A DNA stretch of 64,000 bases. Origin: Vermamoeba vermiformis (Eukaryota). Made by a program: the position numbers and the translations under genes. Below the pieces are notes generated by a model that had not been told where the DNA came from, did not search any database, and was given only the letters and a program-made list of their open reading frames with translations. Location of the stretch: the NCBI GenBank assembly GCA_045837725.1, contig JBEWZL010000124.1:62001-126000 (forward strand). The letters are read 5' to 3'. Within the stretch, counting starts at the first letter, position 1, and each line of letters opens with the position of its first letter. Below are positions 26,333 through 40,132 of this stretch, piece after piece.

Positions 26333-28395
26333 CTAAGCGCTAGCATGCGCCGATATGTTACTCGGAGTTGTTCCTACTGTTCCAGATGATTCGCTGTCTT
26401 TCTGTTTAAAATTGACTCGCTTCACTTTCGGAGTAAAGATGAATACGAGCACGCCAGCAGAAATAATACAAATAGTAAATCCTACTACTCCAGCTTCGAT
26501 AGATACGTCGTAAGGAACAATTAGAGAGATGGCAACCGCAATAATGCCAACGAATGTGGTGTTGTAGATCGACCATCCCACCTGCTTCGACTCGTTGTAA
26601 AGTTTCCTCTTCACGTCTTTGATTTTGTATGATACAATAGCGCCAAACACGAGTACTAGTCCTTTGGTGGACAAATAAACTGCGACTGGCCAACTGCTTG
26701 AAGATCTGCAAGCGATGTAAACTTGATCGTACTCCAAGTAACTTGAACTTGAGCTATCAATAGTGACTGGCACGTAGGGGTCAATAAGCTGCCAGCACAG
26801 TAAAATTGCAATCTCTAGCGCGGCCATCGGAAGTACTCCGGTTAGAAGTAACTCCAGATTCGTGATCTTGAACATCCGCAGCGACTTCTCTTTGAACAGT
26901 CTCCAGATGCGAAAATTTTTCATTATCAAAGCTCCGTAAGTAACACTAAATCCAATACCGGCAAGCCATATTCGCGCTGTCCAAATTTGTTAATACCAAA
27001 TGTGAGTGAAATCTCGCTTCTTTTCAGTGCGAAATCTTTCCTTATTTTGAAGGTTCAAATTTCGATCTTACCTGCACAAAGGCCAGGGGTTGGCAATCCA
27101 ATCCAAAAATAGATTGACACACAAGAAACGGCACATCCGGTAAGTACCATAAACAAGAAGAATGGTGACGAAGATTTCATGACGAGAGAATTCCGATAGA
27201 TGACGATGTCGATCCATAGGAGAAGTGAGGCCAGAATTACGAATGAAGTAACCACCATCAAAGCTATCGCCAGAGGAGCATCGTACGTCAAAATAACGAC
27301 ATCGATTACTTGCTGGTGAGTCCAATTTCTGGGGTTAATAATTCCTGGGAGAAATGCAGGCATGTCGTAGATCTGCTCTTGAGTCAAGCAACCGTTGGGA
27401 CCTTCCGGGTTCATGAATGCAACTTCTGGACCACAAAATATCGTGTCGTTTCCATTGGCGATGTTGTTATAAGCTTCGGTGATAGCAATCTGCAGTGAGA
27501 GCGGAGCAGTAGTAGAAAAATAGGATAGCTTTTGGAAGTAGGGGAAGCCTAGGAAAGCCAACCGACCGCCAGTAAAATTCTTTCCAATGATATCAACCGC
27601 AGTGTCGTAGATCAGATTGCCCCAATCGTACGTCGCCGAAAATAATACCGTTTCGCCAACGAGGTAGCGCATATCGGAAGTAACGCCAACGCTTTTGACT
27701 CCAACATCCTGCCAAGCTTTAACAGATTCGACGGACTGAGTTGCGCCACAATCTATTCCTAGTTCGTTTACCATCCAAGAAGCCACTTTTCGTTCGGCCA
27801 TTGGATCGTAGTAACTGTCGGTGGCTGTTGCGTAGACTTGAACATTCCGGTTGACACTTTGGACGCCAAGAAGGAAGCTGTTTGCCATTGATGTTCGGGT
27901 AGGCTCCGTGTAGTTGAGACCAAGGAAGCCAACTTTGTTGGTTGTTGTCACCATTGCGCACGCGATGCCGGCGAGATAGTATGCTTGGTATACTTTCGGT
28001 TGAAAGTCTAGTACGTTTGATGGCGAATGAAAGCCGCAACAAAGAAGAACCTTGATATTAGGATATTTGGCAGCCAAATCTTGAGCAATTTCGTAGTGAG
28101 TGCCGCTTGCGAAGATTACAAAGTCGAACTCTCGCTCTCCAAACGAAGCTACAATATCGGCGGCATTTTTGTCTGCCGCCAGCGATGGATAAATCTCTGC
28201 TTCGACCCCATAACCTCCAATAAAGAGTTGGTATTGAGCATAAGAGCGGCCAATTTCAGCAGCGTAGTTCCATGAGAAATCGTCGATAGGACCTGAGAAG
28301 ACTGCCGCCATCTTAAAGGTAGGTAACCCCGTAGTGAATTGGACGCTATGCAGGGCAAGCACTAGCCAAAATACTCTGGCTGTTGTGGTCATCAT
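26333..28395 (-). CDS. Class C (GABA-B-like) GPCR with BMP/PnrA-type ligand-binding ectodomain (Grl-like)
   Basis: Signal peptide; GPIDDFSWNYA, YLAGIACA..TNKVGF, FLLGVQSVN; 7TM with MKSSSPFF, GFSVTYGAL..KNFRIWRLF, YNESKQVGWSIYN, FTPK; one intron. Confidence 0.93.
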
Positions 28396-29353
28396 CAGTA
28401 ATTTCGTAATTGGAAATAAAACTCCGTCCCAGCACAGTATTTTTAGCTCTAAACCAATAAATCGGAGTTACGTAGAAAAAATTCGATTAATAGTACCTGC
28501 TTCATAATATATCACATAATAAAGAGGAATAATCAAGTATACGGTATATCGATTCTAGGATTAAACTTCTCTAAATTAAAATTTAATTTGCAATGAATAT
28601 ATATTGCCTACTGCACATTATTCTGAATAAACCTTAGCATTATTACCGTTCTCTCTTATTCGCTGGATTCTAGTATTACTAATACTTTCATAACCGGCGT
28701 CGATCAAAATTACAACTCAAACTATGTTCTAAGGCACTACAGCCGGATTTATTTATAATGGGCAAAATTGAAATCTTTTCAAGCTTTTGAAATCTCTTAA
28801 TATTTCGTTTTCAATCGCTCTTTTGAGAATTTCGTTCACGAAAACTTCTAAAGTCTTGCGCATCAAAACTGATTAAATGACTAGCAAATTGTCAGTCGGA
28901 CAAAATTATGAATACGAAGCGCGATTTTCCTTATCAAAAGATCGCCTTTGAAGGCAAATAGAGAATTAGTTTGACCGTGGCCTTCCTCACATGCTTGAGA
29001 GATGAATAGAAATAAATTATAGAGGGCATTGAACGCTTCAATTTGCCCTTAGTGGGTGTGCCGATCTGATTTCAACATTGATCCGTGGTCTATGAAGCTT
29101 ATCGACCAGGTCCACGGCAATAAAGTATGATTGGTCTCCACAACAGAAGTATCCCTTCATAAGGACGCCTGCGTCGTGGTGCATGCATTTTTTTGTCAAA
29201 CATTGCACCCATTATAACTAAATCCGACTGTAATATGATGTTCCCTCTTTTTTAATTTTGGTAAAATCACTCGTTGAAAATCAGACGTTTTTGGCGCTCA
29301 AGTGACTTCACTTTACGCCTTACCAACAACCACGAAGTATTTATTTGTTAGCT

Positions 29354-32300
29354 ATGTGGACTGCGGCACAGGCTATCACTCGATTTAAGAGTGCGCTGCC
29401 TGACACTCCGAAGGATCCGATTATTGGACACGAGGAATACGATGCCAGTGTGAAAATAGGCGATTCGTAAGTGCTAAATATATTAAGGCATAGTGCATTT
29501 AAAATTAATTATTTGAGATTTTTTGGAAGCGAATTGGATTTAGTTGGAGACTGAATCTCCGTCCCTTTTTGACTGTAAATTATTTTAACGAGGAAATATG
29601 ATAGGATACATCATTTTCGTATTTATTTCGGTTTACAATTTTCTCTCTGATTTACCATTAATTTAAAAACAAATTCCGGAAATTAGAGTCAATTTAGTGA
29701 TTTAAGAAACCGACCTAACCACGTACTTTATTTAGTATATCATTATTTTCTATCGAAGGATCAGGTTATTTATCTTCTAACGGGTAAGCAAACATCAAAT
29801 TTCTTAAATCCGCTCTATTTTTAACCCTGGATTTTTTTGCCGTAGCTTCACGAATAAGGATTGTAAAATTACTAAAGCTCATCGCAGTGGTGCGCCTCCT
29901 CATTTTTCAGGTAAGGTTTCCAAAGCAAATCCAAATTTCAATTCCTTTCATGAAGCCCTATTGACTTTCTTATTGTAGATTGCGTATTTAAAATTCATCC
30001 AAGATACAAATATGACTCGCAAAAGGCTTTAAACGACCAATTGAGCCGGTTGGGCCGAGATAGATCTACCATCAACAAAGAAGAGGTCGATCTAGAAATA
30101 GCAGCATTGCCTAATCATAACGAAGAAGAGGAACTCATTCAAACATTACTAACGAACGAAGAATCAGAAAAGAACGAAAATTTTGCCGAGTTTCAACGTA
30201 TGGCCGGAAAAAATGTTCAATACGGACAAGCGGTGCAATTAATTCACGGCAAGAGCGGCAAATTTCTTACCGTCACAGTCAAAGAGTTCGCAGAACTCGA
30301 AAAGGATTGTTTAAGAGTCATATTAGATGCTGATGGTAACGAGGGCTCGTGGTAAGTTTGGAACTAGATCTGATCTCGCACGTGTTTGCAACAATTTTTT
30401 TAATAATTTGTCAAGGTTTGTTATAACTCCGAGATTTAAAATGAGATCAGAAGGAGAGCCTGTAAGTATTGCAAGTGAAATTACTGCAAAGACTTACCTA
30501 GGTTGATTCGAATTGTAGGTCCAAATGGGTGATCAAATCGTGCTCGAGTCCAAGAAATACAACGTGTTTTTACATCTCACAACGGATTATTCCGAAGAAC
30601 TTAAAACGCAAAGAACAGAAGTCAATGCTAGCTCCGATGCGAGTGGCTGGCGTGTCGTGCCGTATGGCGCTTACATCCCTGACGAATCAAATTATCTTAA
30701 GGTAAAAACCCTCGAAGATAGCATTCTCTTAGTTTTCCTAATTTGATGCTTTAGGCCGGCGATGTCATCAGATTATTTCACAAAGAAGCAGAGGGATTTA
30801 TCACGAATGAAAAGATTGAACGGTTTGAAGGCGAAGAACCAGCAGCCGCAACAGCCGCACCACAGTCTCCAAGTCTACGCGTGTTGAATAATTCACGCAC
30901 GAACAAGTCACAATCAGATTCAAACCAAAACGCGGAACAAGTCTTCTTGGAGCCAAGTATGCCGGGAGATATGCCAACTTCAACTAACTCAAACTCGGTC
31001 TGGCTCGTCGAGTCCGCGAATACAATGCGTGGGGGTGTCGCACGGTTCAATAGACTATATAGATTCAAACACATCGCCACTGGAAAGTACTTGGCCGGAT
31101 CCGCTTCAGAATCGAACAAAAAACCAGCGCCAACGACTGAAACGCACAGCTTGCCCCGCTCAGTCTCATTGAGCAATTTACTGGGCACTGGATCCGAAGA
31201 CGAACAAGTGAACATCGATTTGATCACCGTGGACGATTGTAACTCGCCTAATGCGCTATTCTCCGTTCACGTGCTGAATATCTCACCGCAAGAAAACGAC
31301 GACACGATGATTGCGATTGATAATTGCATTCGTCTCAGACATCATCAGACACAGTGCTGGGTCCATGCAGAGTCCATGCCCGAGACAGGAATGTTGCTTC
31401 CTTCGCCATCAATGGACGCTGACAGTCCTGCACTGGTTGAAAACGCCCACGTGGAAGAGACAGGCTTGAACCGTTCTGCTTCAAAACCATTTAGAGTAAG
31501 TCACGTGATTACACTTTTTCTTAATTTGGAAGCCTAACGTTTTATTCTATAGCGTTTGCATTCGTTCAGATTCGCGCAGTCACCGAATGAACGAATCAAA
31601 TTGAACGGCAGTTCAAAGTATCATGACGGCGATGTGTTTTCATTCGCTAGAGTGCCAAAGCACGAAGTCGATTCAATTTACCAAGTCAACGGCCAAATTG
31701 CCTTTTTGACGTCTTACGTGACGAAACTTAAGGAGGCGTTTGGCGATAAATCATTGATCGATGAACTCCGCGGTGAAAAAGCTAGGCAAGTCGGTCGAGT
31801 ATTGCACTCACTGGTGCATCAAATCTGCAAATCTGACCATCACTTTGAATGGTCTGCCGCTCAAGTCCCCGCTGCGGTGGCGAGGTTGCAATCAAAAAAG
31901 ACAACGTGCCCGACAGGAGCATGCAAAATCTGCTTCGGGAACAACGAGTAAGTCCCGTTGTCATATTAAAAATTAATACTAACGTCATCTTTTAGATTAT
32001 TGATGTGCTGATTCAATTGTTGAAATACACTTTTGATCAAGGAGGATTATCGCTCAGCGAAATTTCAAAGCCAGAGAATTACACGCCAATGACGATTTGT
32101 CGACACTCGTACGAGTTGTTGCGGCTGATTTTGAAAGATAATCCGCAGAACAGAAGATACATGACGAAATACGCTAAAAACGTGCAAAGTCACGTAAGTA
32201 CTAATGACCCGATTATTCATGAATTTAATTAATTCACCGCTGAGCTGAAGTTTTCATTTGAGCATATTAACTGTGTGGCTGAAAATTCAACTTTTATTTG

Positions 32301-35300
32301 GTAACCTTTGGTCGTATTCTTTGTTAACTTTTGGTTAATAGTGTGGCTATTCAATCAAGTCGACGTCAACTCTCCGCGAATTATACAAGGACAATAATCT
32401 TCTGCTGAAGAAACTGAACGACCAACAAATAGAGTTCTTCATCGAAAAGTTGAACGAGAAAGGTCGCGTTGGTCGATACATCAAATTTTTATCAATTTTT
32501 TGCTCGTGCAATGGCAAACCTTTGCCTAATAATCAGCTGCTTGTCTGCAAAAGTGTGTTGAATGAAAATGCTAAATTATTAATGCCAATGCAAGTAAGTA
32601 CCGAAATTGAGTTTTTTGAGTGGTTTTTCTAATTTTGTGTGGCAGATCCAAGATGAAAAGCTTATGATTAAGAAAGACAATGAAAGTCATTGGATGTCCA
32701 TCACTCAATTTGCACAAACCGCCAATGACAAGGAAATGAAGTACTTGACATTGACAGTCAAACTTTTGTCGGATATTTGCCTTGGTGGCAATTCAACGAC
32801 GAGTGGCATGGTCTGCAAATTTGTCACGCCTCGTATGGCACTGCTGGGTCTTCAAGATTACTCTTTGCCACCATCACTTCGCACGGCTTTTGCGACGTTA
32901 ATTTTGAATTTGCACCGTGCCGGCACAGGTCAAGCCAAACCTATCAATTACATCAATTACACTAGAGTACGTTTATATAGCTCAGTATGATTTGCTAATT
33001 GCTGTTTTTGTAGTTGTGGACTGATGTGCAGCAAGAATTGGCCCCGTCATCCTCGGCGACTACAGTCAACAGATCACTGCTGGACAGGAAGATGGTCTCA
33101 GTCAGCGCACTGATCGTAGTCGATGTGCACTCGTTGAAAGTGTTCATCATGGACTACTTGCAACGAAACTCATTGTTATTGACGAGCAACACTGACGCCA
33201 ATCAACTCACGTGCTCGGTGCTTATCTTGGCCAAGCACTTGCTGTCCTTGGGATACTTCGAAAAGGAAGAAATTCCCGCATTAATTCCGCTCTTGATGAA
33301 GATCATGAACACGGTCAAGGACGAACAGCACCCGATTATTATCGATCCGTATAAGACTTCTGACTTTACCGAAGCTATCATGGATGCAAAATTGAACGTG
33401 TGCTACATGCTCGAGATGATTTGTGATTACAGACTCGATCGAAGAATCACAGAGACATTGGAACTGTTCAAAGGCAAAATGGAAGAAAAAGCTGCGTTGG
33501 AGATCGAATCCAAAGAAAAAGACAAAATTGGCCGAATTTTCCGTCTGTTCCAGTTCCAGACACGAGACTACGTGCCATTGCTGTTGGACTTGATCAGATA
33601 CGATAACGAAGAATTGTCAACGAGTGCTGCAAATTTGCTGATCAGACATTACTCGCAGCAACAAGAGCTTCTCAAAGCCTTACAAAATGTGCAGATTCTC
33701 GTCAATGAGAAGCTCGTGCATACTTTCCAATCAGTCAGAAAACACTTGACTTTCCTACGCCGAGTCATCACAAGTTCGAGCATCAACAAGCAGACTGGCG
33801 CAGTAACTGACGCTTTGAAGCAACTGACGGACCTTTGTGTCACTAAGAGTGAGTTCAAAACATTAGGACAATGTTCCACAATCAGACCTAACTCCTATAT
33901 TTAGAAGATCAAACTGTCATCAATAACCGAGACCACCAGCGCATCTTGCGTAACTTGAACACGCATGAAACTGTTCTCGAGTTGATGAAGACAAAGTTAC
34001 CCAACGACGTCAAGGCTGCTGTTGTTTCTGCTTGTCTTGAACTCATGCAAATGGTATGTAGCTTGAGCTACTGACGTCCAAAGTGCTTCGTTCTAATCGT
34101 CCTAATTTTAGTTCTGCAAAAACAATGCCGAGAATCAGACCGTGTTGCTCGACCACGTCAATTTCTTCTTGGACTTCCTCGACACTCCGAGTTTGACAGT
34201 GCAAGTGGCTCAAACAGTCACTGAAGTCTTCTACGAGAACAAAGCAATTTGCTCACAGGTCACTGAGAATCAAATTCGCAAGTTCTTGAATCAGATGGCC
34301 AAGAGAAAGCACAGAGCATATCTTGATTTCCTATTTGTCATTACTGAAGTGAATGGTCGGCCATTGAGAAGAAATCAAAATCTTCTGGCAAGTTTGCTGA
34401 TCGAGAAACAGAACGAAGTTGTCATTTTGTACAACGATCCTGATTCAATTCAACGAAGAAACCGACAAATCAGAGAAGAGGCTTACTTGGACCCAGACAG
34501 CGAACTCAACTTCCATATTAGGCTCGTTGAACTTTTCAAGCGCTGCTGTGAAGGCAAAGTCTACGAGGCTGAAGTGAAATGTCAATCATTATTCACGCTT
34601 GACATGATCGCGGCTCAAATTGCCGATGAAAGCAACTGGCCTGAAGTCAAAGGCGCGTTCTTGGAGCTACTTATCGAAGTCTATCTGGAGACTGAACGAT
34701 CGTTGAAAGACATTGACCAAGCACACCAGATTTGGGACCTCTTTGGCATGATCGCACAACAAATTCACGACTTTGTGGATTCGCCGTTCAACGAAGAAGA
34801 TGAAGACGAAGACAACGACAGCGATAAGAAATCGAGCAACGAGAGTTCCAAGAAAAGCGATGACAGTGAAGACAGCGATGATGCTTCGTCAGCAGATAAT
34901 GTCAACAAGCGAGAGAAGTACCGCTACGAAAAAGAGCGGGCCTACATCTTTACGCACACACTCAATTTCATTCGCAAATATTTCGTCAAGTATTATTCGC
35001 CTAAAAAGACTAAAGAGTAAGTGGAATAACTCTGCAAAAATTTTATCAGCCCAAAACTAATCGACCAAATTAGGAAACGTGTCAAAGTTGCCAACAAGCT
35101 TATCGACACTTTGTACGTGCTGTCAAAGAAGACTAAGGGCTTGAAAGTCGAAGAGCAAATCGCCATTGGCACTTGCATCGAAGAAATGTGCAAAAAGAAT
35201 TTGACGGGCATCAAATCTGCTCCGTTAGTCGGCGAGTTGATTTCGAAGTGTAAATCTGCACAAGAGACTGAAAAGCAGTCCGCGAAATCTACCAAAGACG

Positions 35301-38300
35301 AACTGGCTACCAGCAGTTTGAAATTCACGCGCGAAGAGGACCAAGTTTTAGCTGGTCTCAAAACCTTCCGAAAATCATGGTTAGTGTTGAATCAAAGCAA
35401 TATTAATTGACCATATTAATACTTAATGCTATAGTGCGGAAAATTTCGATCTCAACGCGGAGTTGACGGAACTAGCCAGTCTGTTCCGAGAACATGCCGT
35501 GAAAGACGAAGGAAATTTCACGAAACGCTTGATTGAGATTATTGGCAACCCTCGTGTCATCGAATCGCTGAACTATCAAGATTTGCTCGTCACTTCATTG
35601 CAAGCGTTCAGATTGCCTCTTGACGCTGAGATAGCCAAAGAACCAAACAGCGATCCTGCCGTGCTTGAGAAAATGCAAATTGAGATTGGAGCCGTCGGAT
35701 TGACTAATTTGGTAAGTCACAATTACATCGAAAAATGATTCCATTACTAAATTTGGTAATGTAGATCTTCGAGTTGATTGCATGTCGCAATGACACGATT
35801 GTCTACGAGACACTTATGCTCGGCATTACGCTGTTACACGGTGGCAACAAGTCGATTCAAGACGACATTTACAATTACTTCAAGAGCTCTAGCAAAGCAG
35901 GAAATTTCTTCCTCGAAATTCGTAATAGAATGCGCAAAGGCATTGACGAAATCGATGAGAAGAGACAGTTCTTGGCGAAGAAATTGGAAAAGAAGTTGTT
36001 GGCACGTGACAGCGTGGCGTCGTTGTTGCCGAGTCCTAGTTTCAATTTATACGGAGACACGGATAACACGCCTCGTACTTTGAACGACGAAGACTTGAAA
36101 ACGGTCAACGAGATTGAAGACGATGAAGTTTTTCATGAAACTGGATTTATCGCTGAAATTCTCAGATTTCTACAGGTTCGACTTGAAACTTCATTATTCA
36201 CGTAGTGAGCTTACACTAACTTTATATTTTCAAAGCTTTTGTGCGAAGGTCACAACCTCTTGCTGCAAAACCATTTGCGACTTCAAGCCAATAACTTGCA
36301 GTCGTATGATTTGATCAGCGAGACAGCTGCGTGCCTCGAGTCACTCGAGTCTTGCATTGATGCTGTCAACGCTGACATTGGCGTGCAAGTTTTCCGCACG
36401 CTGACCGAGTACTGTCAAGGACCTTGTCCCGATAATCAGGTACGTCACGTGACATAGCCATATTTGGAAATGGTATCTAACTTCCAACCCCACAGCTCGC
36501 GTTGATTCGCACGAAGTTGTGCGAGTCTATCAATTACATTTTCAAGCACCACAACTTCAAGTGCGAGGACTCTAAGGCATCGTTCTTGAAGAACTGCATG
36601 ATTACGACACTGTTGAGTTTGCTTGAAGGCAACACGAGCCCGAGCATCCCTCGTCACATGTTGCATACTCTCAATTTCAACTTGATTGTAAGTGCTTTTC
36701 CCTGTTCGATCGAGTTGTTTTTTAACGTAGTCTATGTGCAGGAAAAAGATTTGTTAGATATCATCGCTCGTGAAAGTGGCGGCCAGCTCGAAGAAAAAGA
36801 AGCAGAAGATTTGTTGGAGTTGGGATTCTTAGAATTTTTCTTGTTGAAGACACTCGCGGACTACGACACTGAGAAGAAAGTCCAGCCTATTTTGGACAAC
36901 TTGCCCGCTGATAATGTCTTTGCACAAGGCACAGGGCGTGTTGAAATTGTCCGCAATGACAAGCTCGAACGAGTGTACTTCAGAATATTGCCCGTGTCGC
37001 AATATCTCACAATGAAATCGAAGAAAGAACTCGTCATCAAGGTCAAAAGGTAACAACGAATTTTATCAACTTTATTTTTCGTTCATTGAACTAACGAATT
37101 TCCCACAGAGACACGCAACAGGACAAAATTCAAGATTTCTTCGATCGATCTGAAGATCTTATTCAAGTACGTTATAACATTTCATTAATTACTGTCTAAT
37201 TTCCTTTTTAGGAAATGGAACACCGTGAAACTATTGCTCAGAATCAAATGTTCTCGTTTTTGACCAAGCAAGAGACGCTCTTATTGAACATTTCGTTCTT
37301 CACGGCAGTCCTTGCAAACTTCCTTATCGTCGCTACTTATGACTCAAGCTACGTCTACGGGTAAATTCTGCGCAATTCTACGCGTTCTAAAGATGTTCCA
37401 ACCAATTTTTTATGCAGAGAAATGACGTTCAATTCGTGGGCACTGCCGGTATTGTACTTACTGGGCCTCGCACAAATAATTCTTTCTTCGACTGCTCTCT
37501 TCATCTACACGATCAGCTACGCACCCTTAGCTGTCAGAAAGAAATGGAAGGATATTGGCGTAAGAGTATCCATTTGACACCTGTCAAAACTGTCGCACTC
37601 ACACTAAACTTTTTCCAGGTTTCGTACAATGACACGACAAAATCTCCGTTGTTCCTAGGCGCTGGCTGGAAAAACACCGCGTGGTCATTATACTTCTTAT
37701 TGACCGATAGCTTGTTTGTATATAGGTACGTAAAATCAACTTGGATCTGATCACCGAAAACTGATCCGGATCTACAGAGTGATCTATGTTGTGTTTGCCG
37801 TGCTTGGAGTATGGCACATGCCACATGGCCCGTATTTCTTTGCATTCCATTTGCTCGACATTGTCGTGCGTAACGAGCTGTTGAAAGGAGTCATCAAATC
37901 TGTCACACTCAACGGCAAATCCATCATCCTGACGGTAAGTTTTTCGTCCTATAATTCATATTTACTAACACCCTATTGTCTATTAGACCTTATTGGCAAT
38001 GCTGGTCGTGTACATTTACTCCATTTTCGGATTTTTGTTCTTCAGATCCGCCTTTGAACGCGACGGTGAACTGATCTGCGACTCAATGTTCATGTGCCTA
38101 TTGACTGTAATTAATTATGGGTACGTGAAATGGCTATTGATAGGCAACTACGTATTAACGCTGCGTCTATTTTTAGCTTGCGAAGCGGTGGTGGTATTGG
38201 TGATATTATGAAACCACCCGAGTGGAACGATAGTGACTTCAAGTACCGCGTGTTTTACGACAGCTCTTTCTTCTTCTTAGTGATCATTATCTTGTTGAAC

Positions 38301-39052
38301 ATCATCTTTGGTATCATTATCGACACTTTCGGAGGTAAGTGCGATGACACGTGTCAAACTTTTTCGTCGAACAAGATCCAGATCCAGCTTCGAATGAACG
38401 ATCTAAATAATTTTTGTCTTATAGAACTGAGATCTCAAAATAAGAGTGTTGAAGAAGACATTCACAACAAGTGTTTTATGTGCGGCATTGAACGTGACAC
38501 TTTTGAACGACGTGCAAATGGATTTGAAAATCACGTGAAACTTGATCACAATATGTGGCACTATTTATATTTCAACATGTACTTGCGAAGAAAAGAACGA
38601 ACAGAGTATACTGGCCCCGAACAATACGTTGCTGATAAGGTAAAATTTAGATCTAGATCCACATCCAGATCGGATCTTCTGACCATTTTTTCTCGTAGAT
38701 ATTGCAACGAGATTGGATATTTGTGCCGACATTAAAGGCTATGTGCCTCGATATGAACGAGGAAGAGAGTGATCGCACGACTCAAATCGTTGAAAGTGTG
38801 GATTCGTTGAGCAAACAGACCAAGTCACAACTCGATAAAATCACCAAGTCCTTGGCGACTAAGCACAAAATTCTTGAAAAGAAGATCGAGGATATTGATA
38901 ATAAGTCTAATCAAGCACAAATAAGCAACGTTAAGACGATCAATACAGTTGTTAAGAAGATGGATGTGCTTGACAAGAAGATTGAAACCTTTGAATCGAA
39001 GATAGATTTATTAGTCAAATTATTGTCGCACAATGGCGAAAAACAAGATTAA
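29354..39052 (+). CDS. Inositol 1,4,5-trisphosphate receptor Ca2+ channel (iplA/ITPR-like); one unexplained frame break near 31850-31900
   Basis: Suppressor domain (GDSISL..DCVFKI), MIR (YRFKHIATGKYL), RIH motifs, LRFLQLLCEGHN, TEYCQGPC, pore LRSGGGIGD, FGIIIDTF, CFMCG..H..HNMWHY, YTGPEQY. Confidence 0.96.
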
Positions 39053-40060
39053 ACTTTTCGGTCTTTCTGATCCTTGTACGAAAGCTTTAGCACGTGCCAA
39101 ACTCCGTTGACATCAAGCACAACAAATGTTCCAAACATATAAGCCTTAACATTTAATTTCATACTAGGAAGGCTAATTGACGCTGATATTAAGCCAGTGG
39201 AATTATCTGTAGTGTAGTTACTTTCTCCAAAAACCGGACGCTCTCCGTTGGTTTGATGTGAAACAACAACTTTCTCCGAATTGGCTTCCATTTTAAAGAA
39301 ATCATATGCGCCTGGAACGGCGATTTTCGTTTTAACAACACTCGATGGCACTTCTGGAGGACAATAATCGAGTAAATAGGTTTGTTCTCGCTCCACCACT
39401 ATCATGCTCCGAAAAGCATTCACAAACAAGCCAGTAAGACTCCTGTTTTCAATGAGATTATTCTGCAAATTGACTTTCATAAGGCGCTCAAAATGCAGCG
39501 CTGACCAATAACAATGGCCATCCAGCAAGAACAGACATTCGCGTCGGCCAGTATAAAGACCGTATTTTCCACTCGGCGTCGAGGACGGATTTGGCTTGAG
39601 GGAATTTAACATGTAAAACTCTGCTTCTTCCAATACCAAGTTCTTCTCCATGGTCGACGGAATGTCCCATCTGAAGGTGCGCAAATACGACAGGATTATT
39701 TTAAAATACTTCGGATCCCTGCATAATAAATTATGTTATTACCTATATAATATAGGAACCTTAATTAAAGCGCCTTGGTTATAAAACTTGTAAAAAAAAC
39801 TTTTGAAACGATTTTTACGGGATTTGCAGGCGATGAACAATGAAATTCAATAAGAATTATTAAACGCAAGAATTATTCTAACGGGCCAGAAATTGATACC
39901 TATCAATAAAATACGCTCCACTCTCGTCTTTCAGCGTTGGAACCGATCCGTCTAGCATCCGCTGGAAAAACTCACTTCCTTGAAGCGTTGAAGCGGTAGT
40001 GTGGAATTGCTTCCCTCCAACGTTCAATTTAATAATGCTGCTCGTGGGATTTGTGGTCAT
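39049..40060 (-). CDS. KCTD-like BTB/POZ protein, copy 1
   Basis: IIKLNVGGKQFHTT..AYFIDR|DPKYFKIILSYLR; single intron. Confidence 0.9.
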
Positions 40061-40132
40061 TTTTTCAAAAAGATAAGTAAATTAAAATCGAAGCGGATTT
40101 TTATTTTCTGACACTTGCATTAGACGAGTCTA

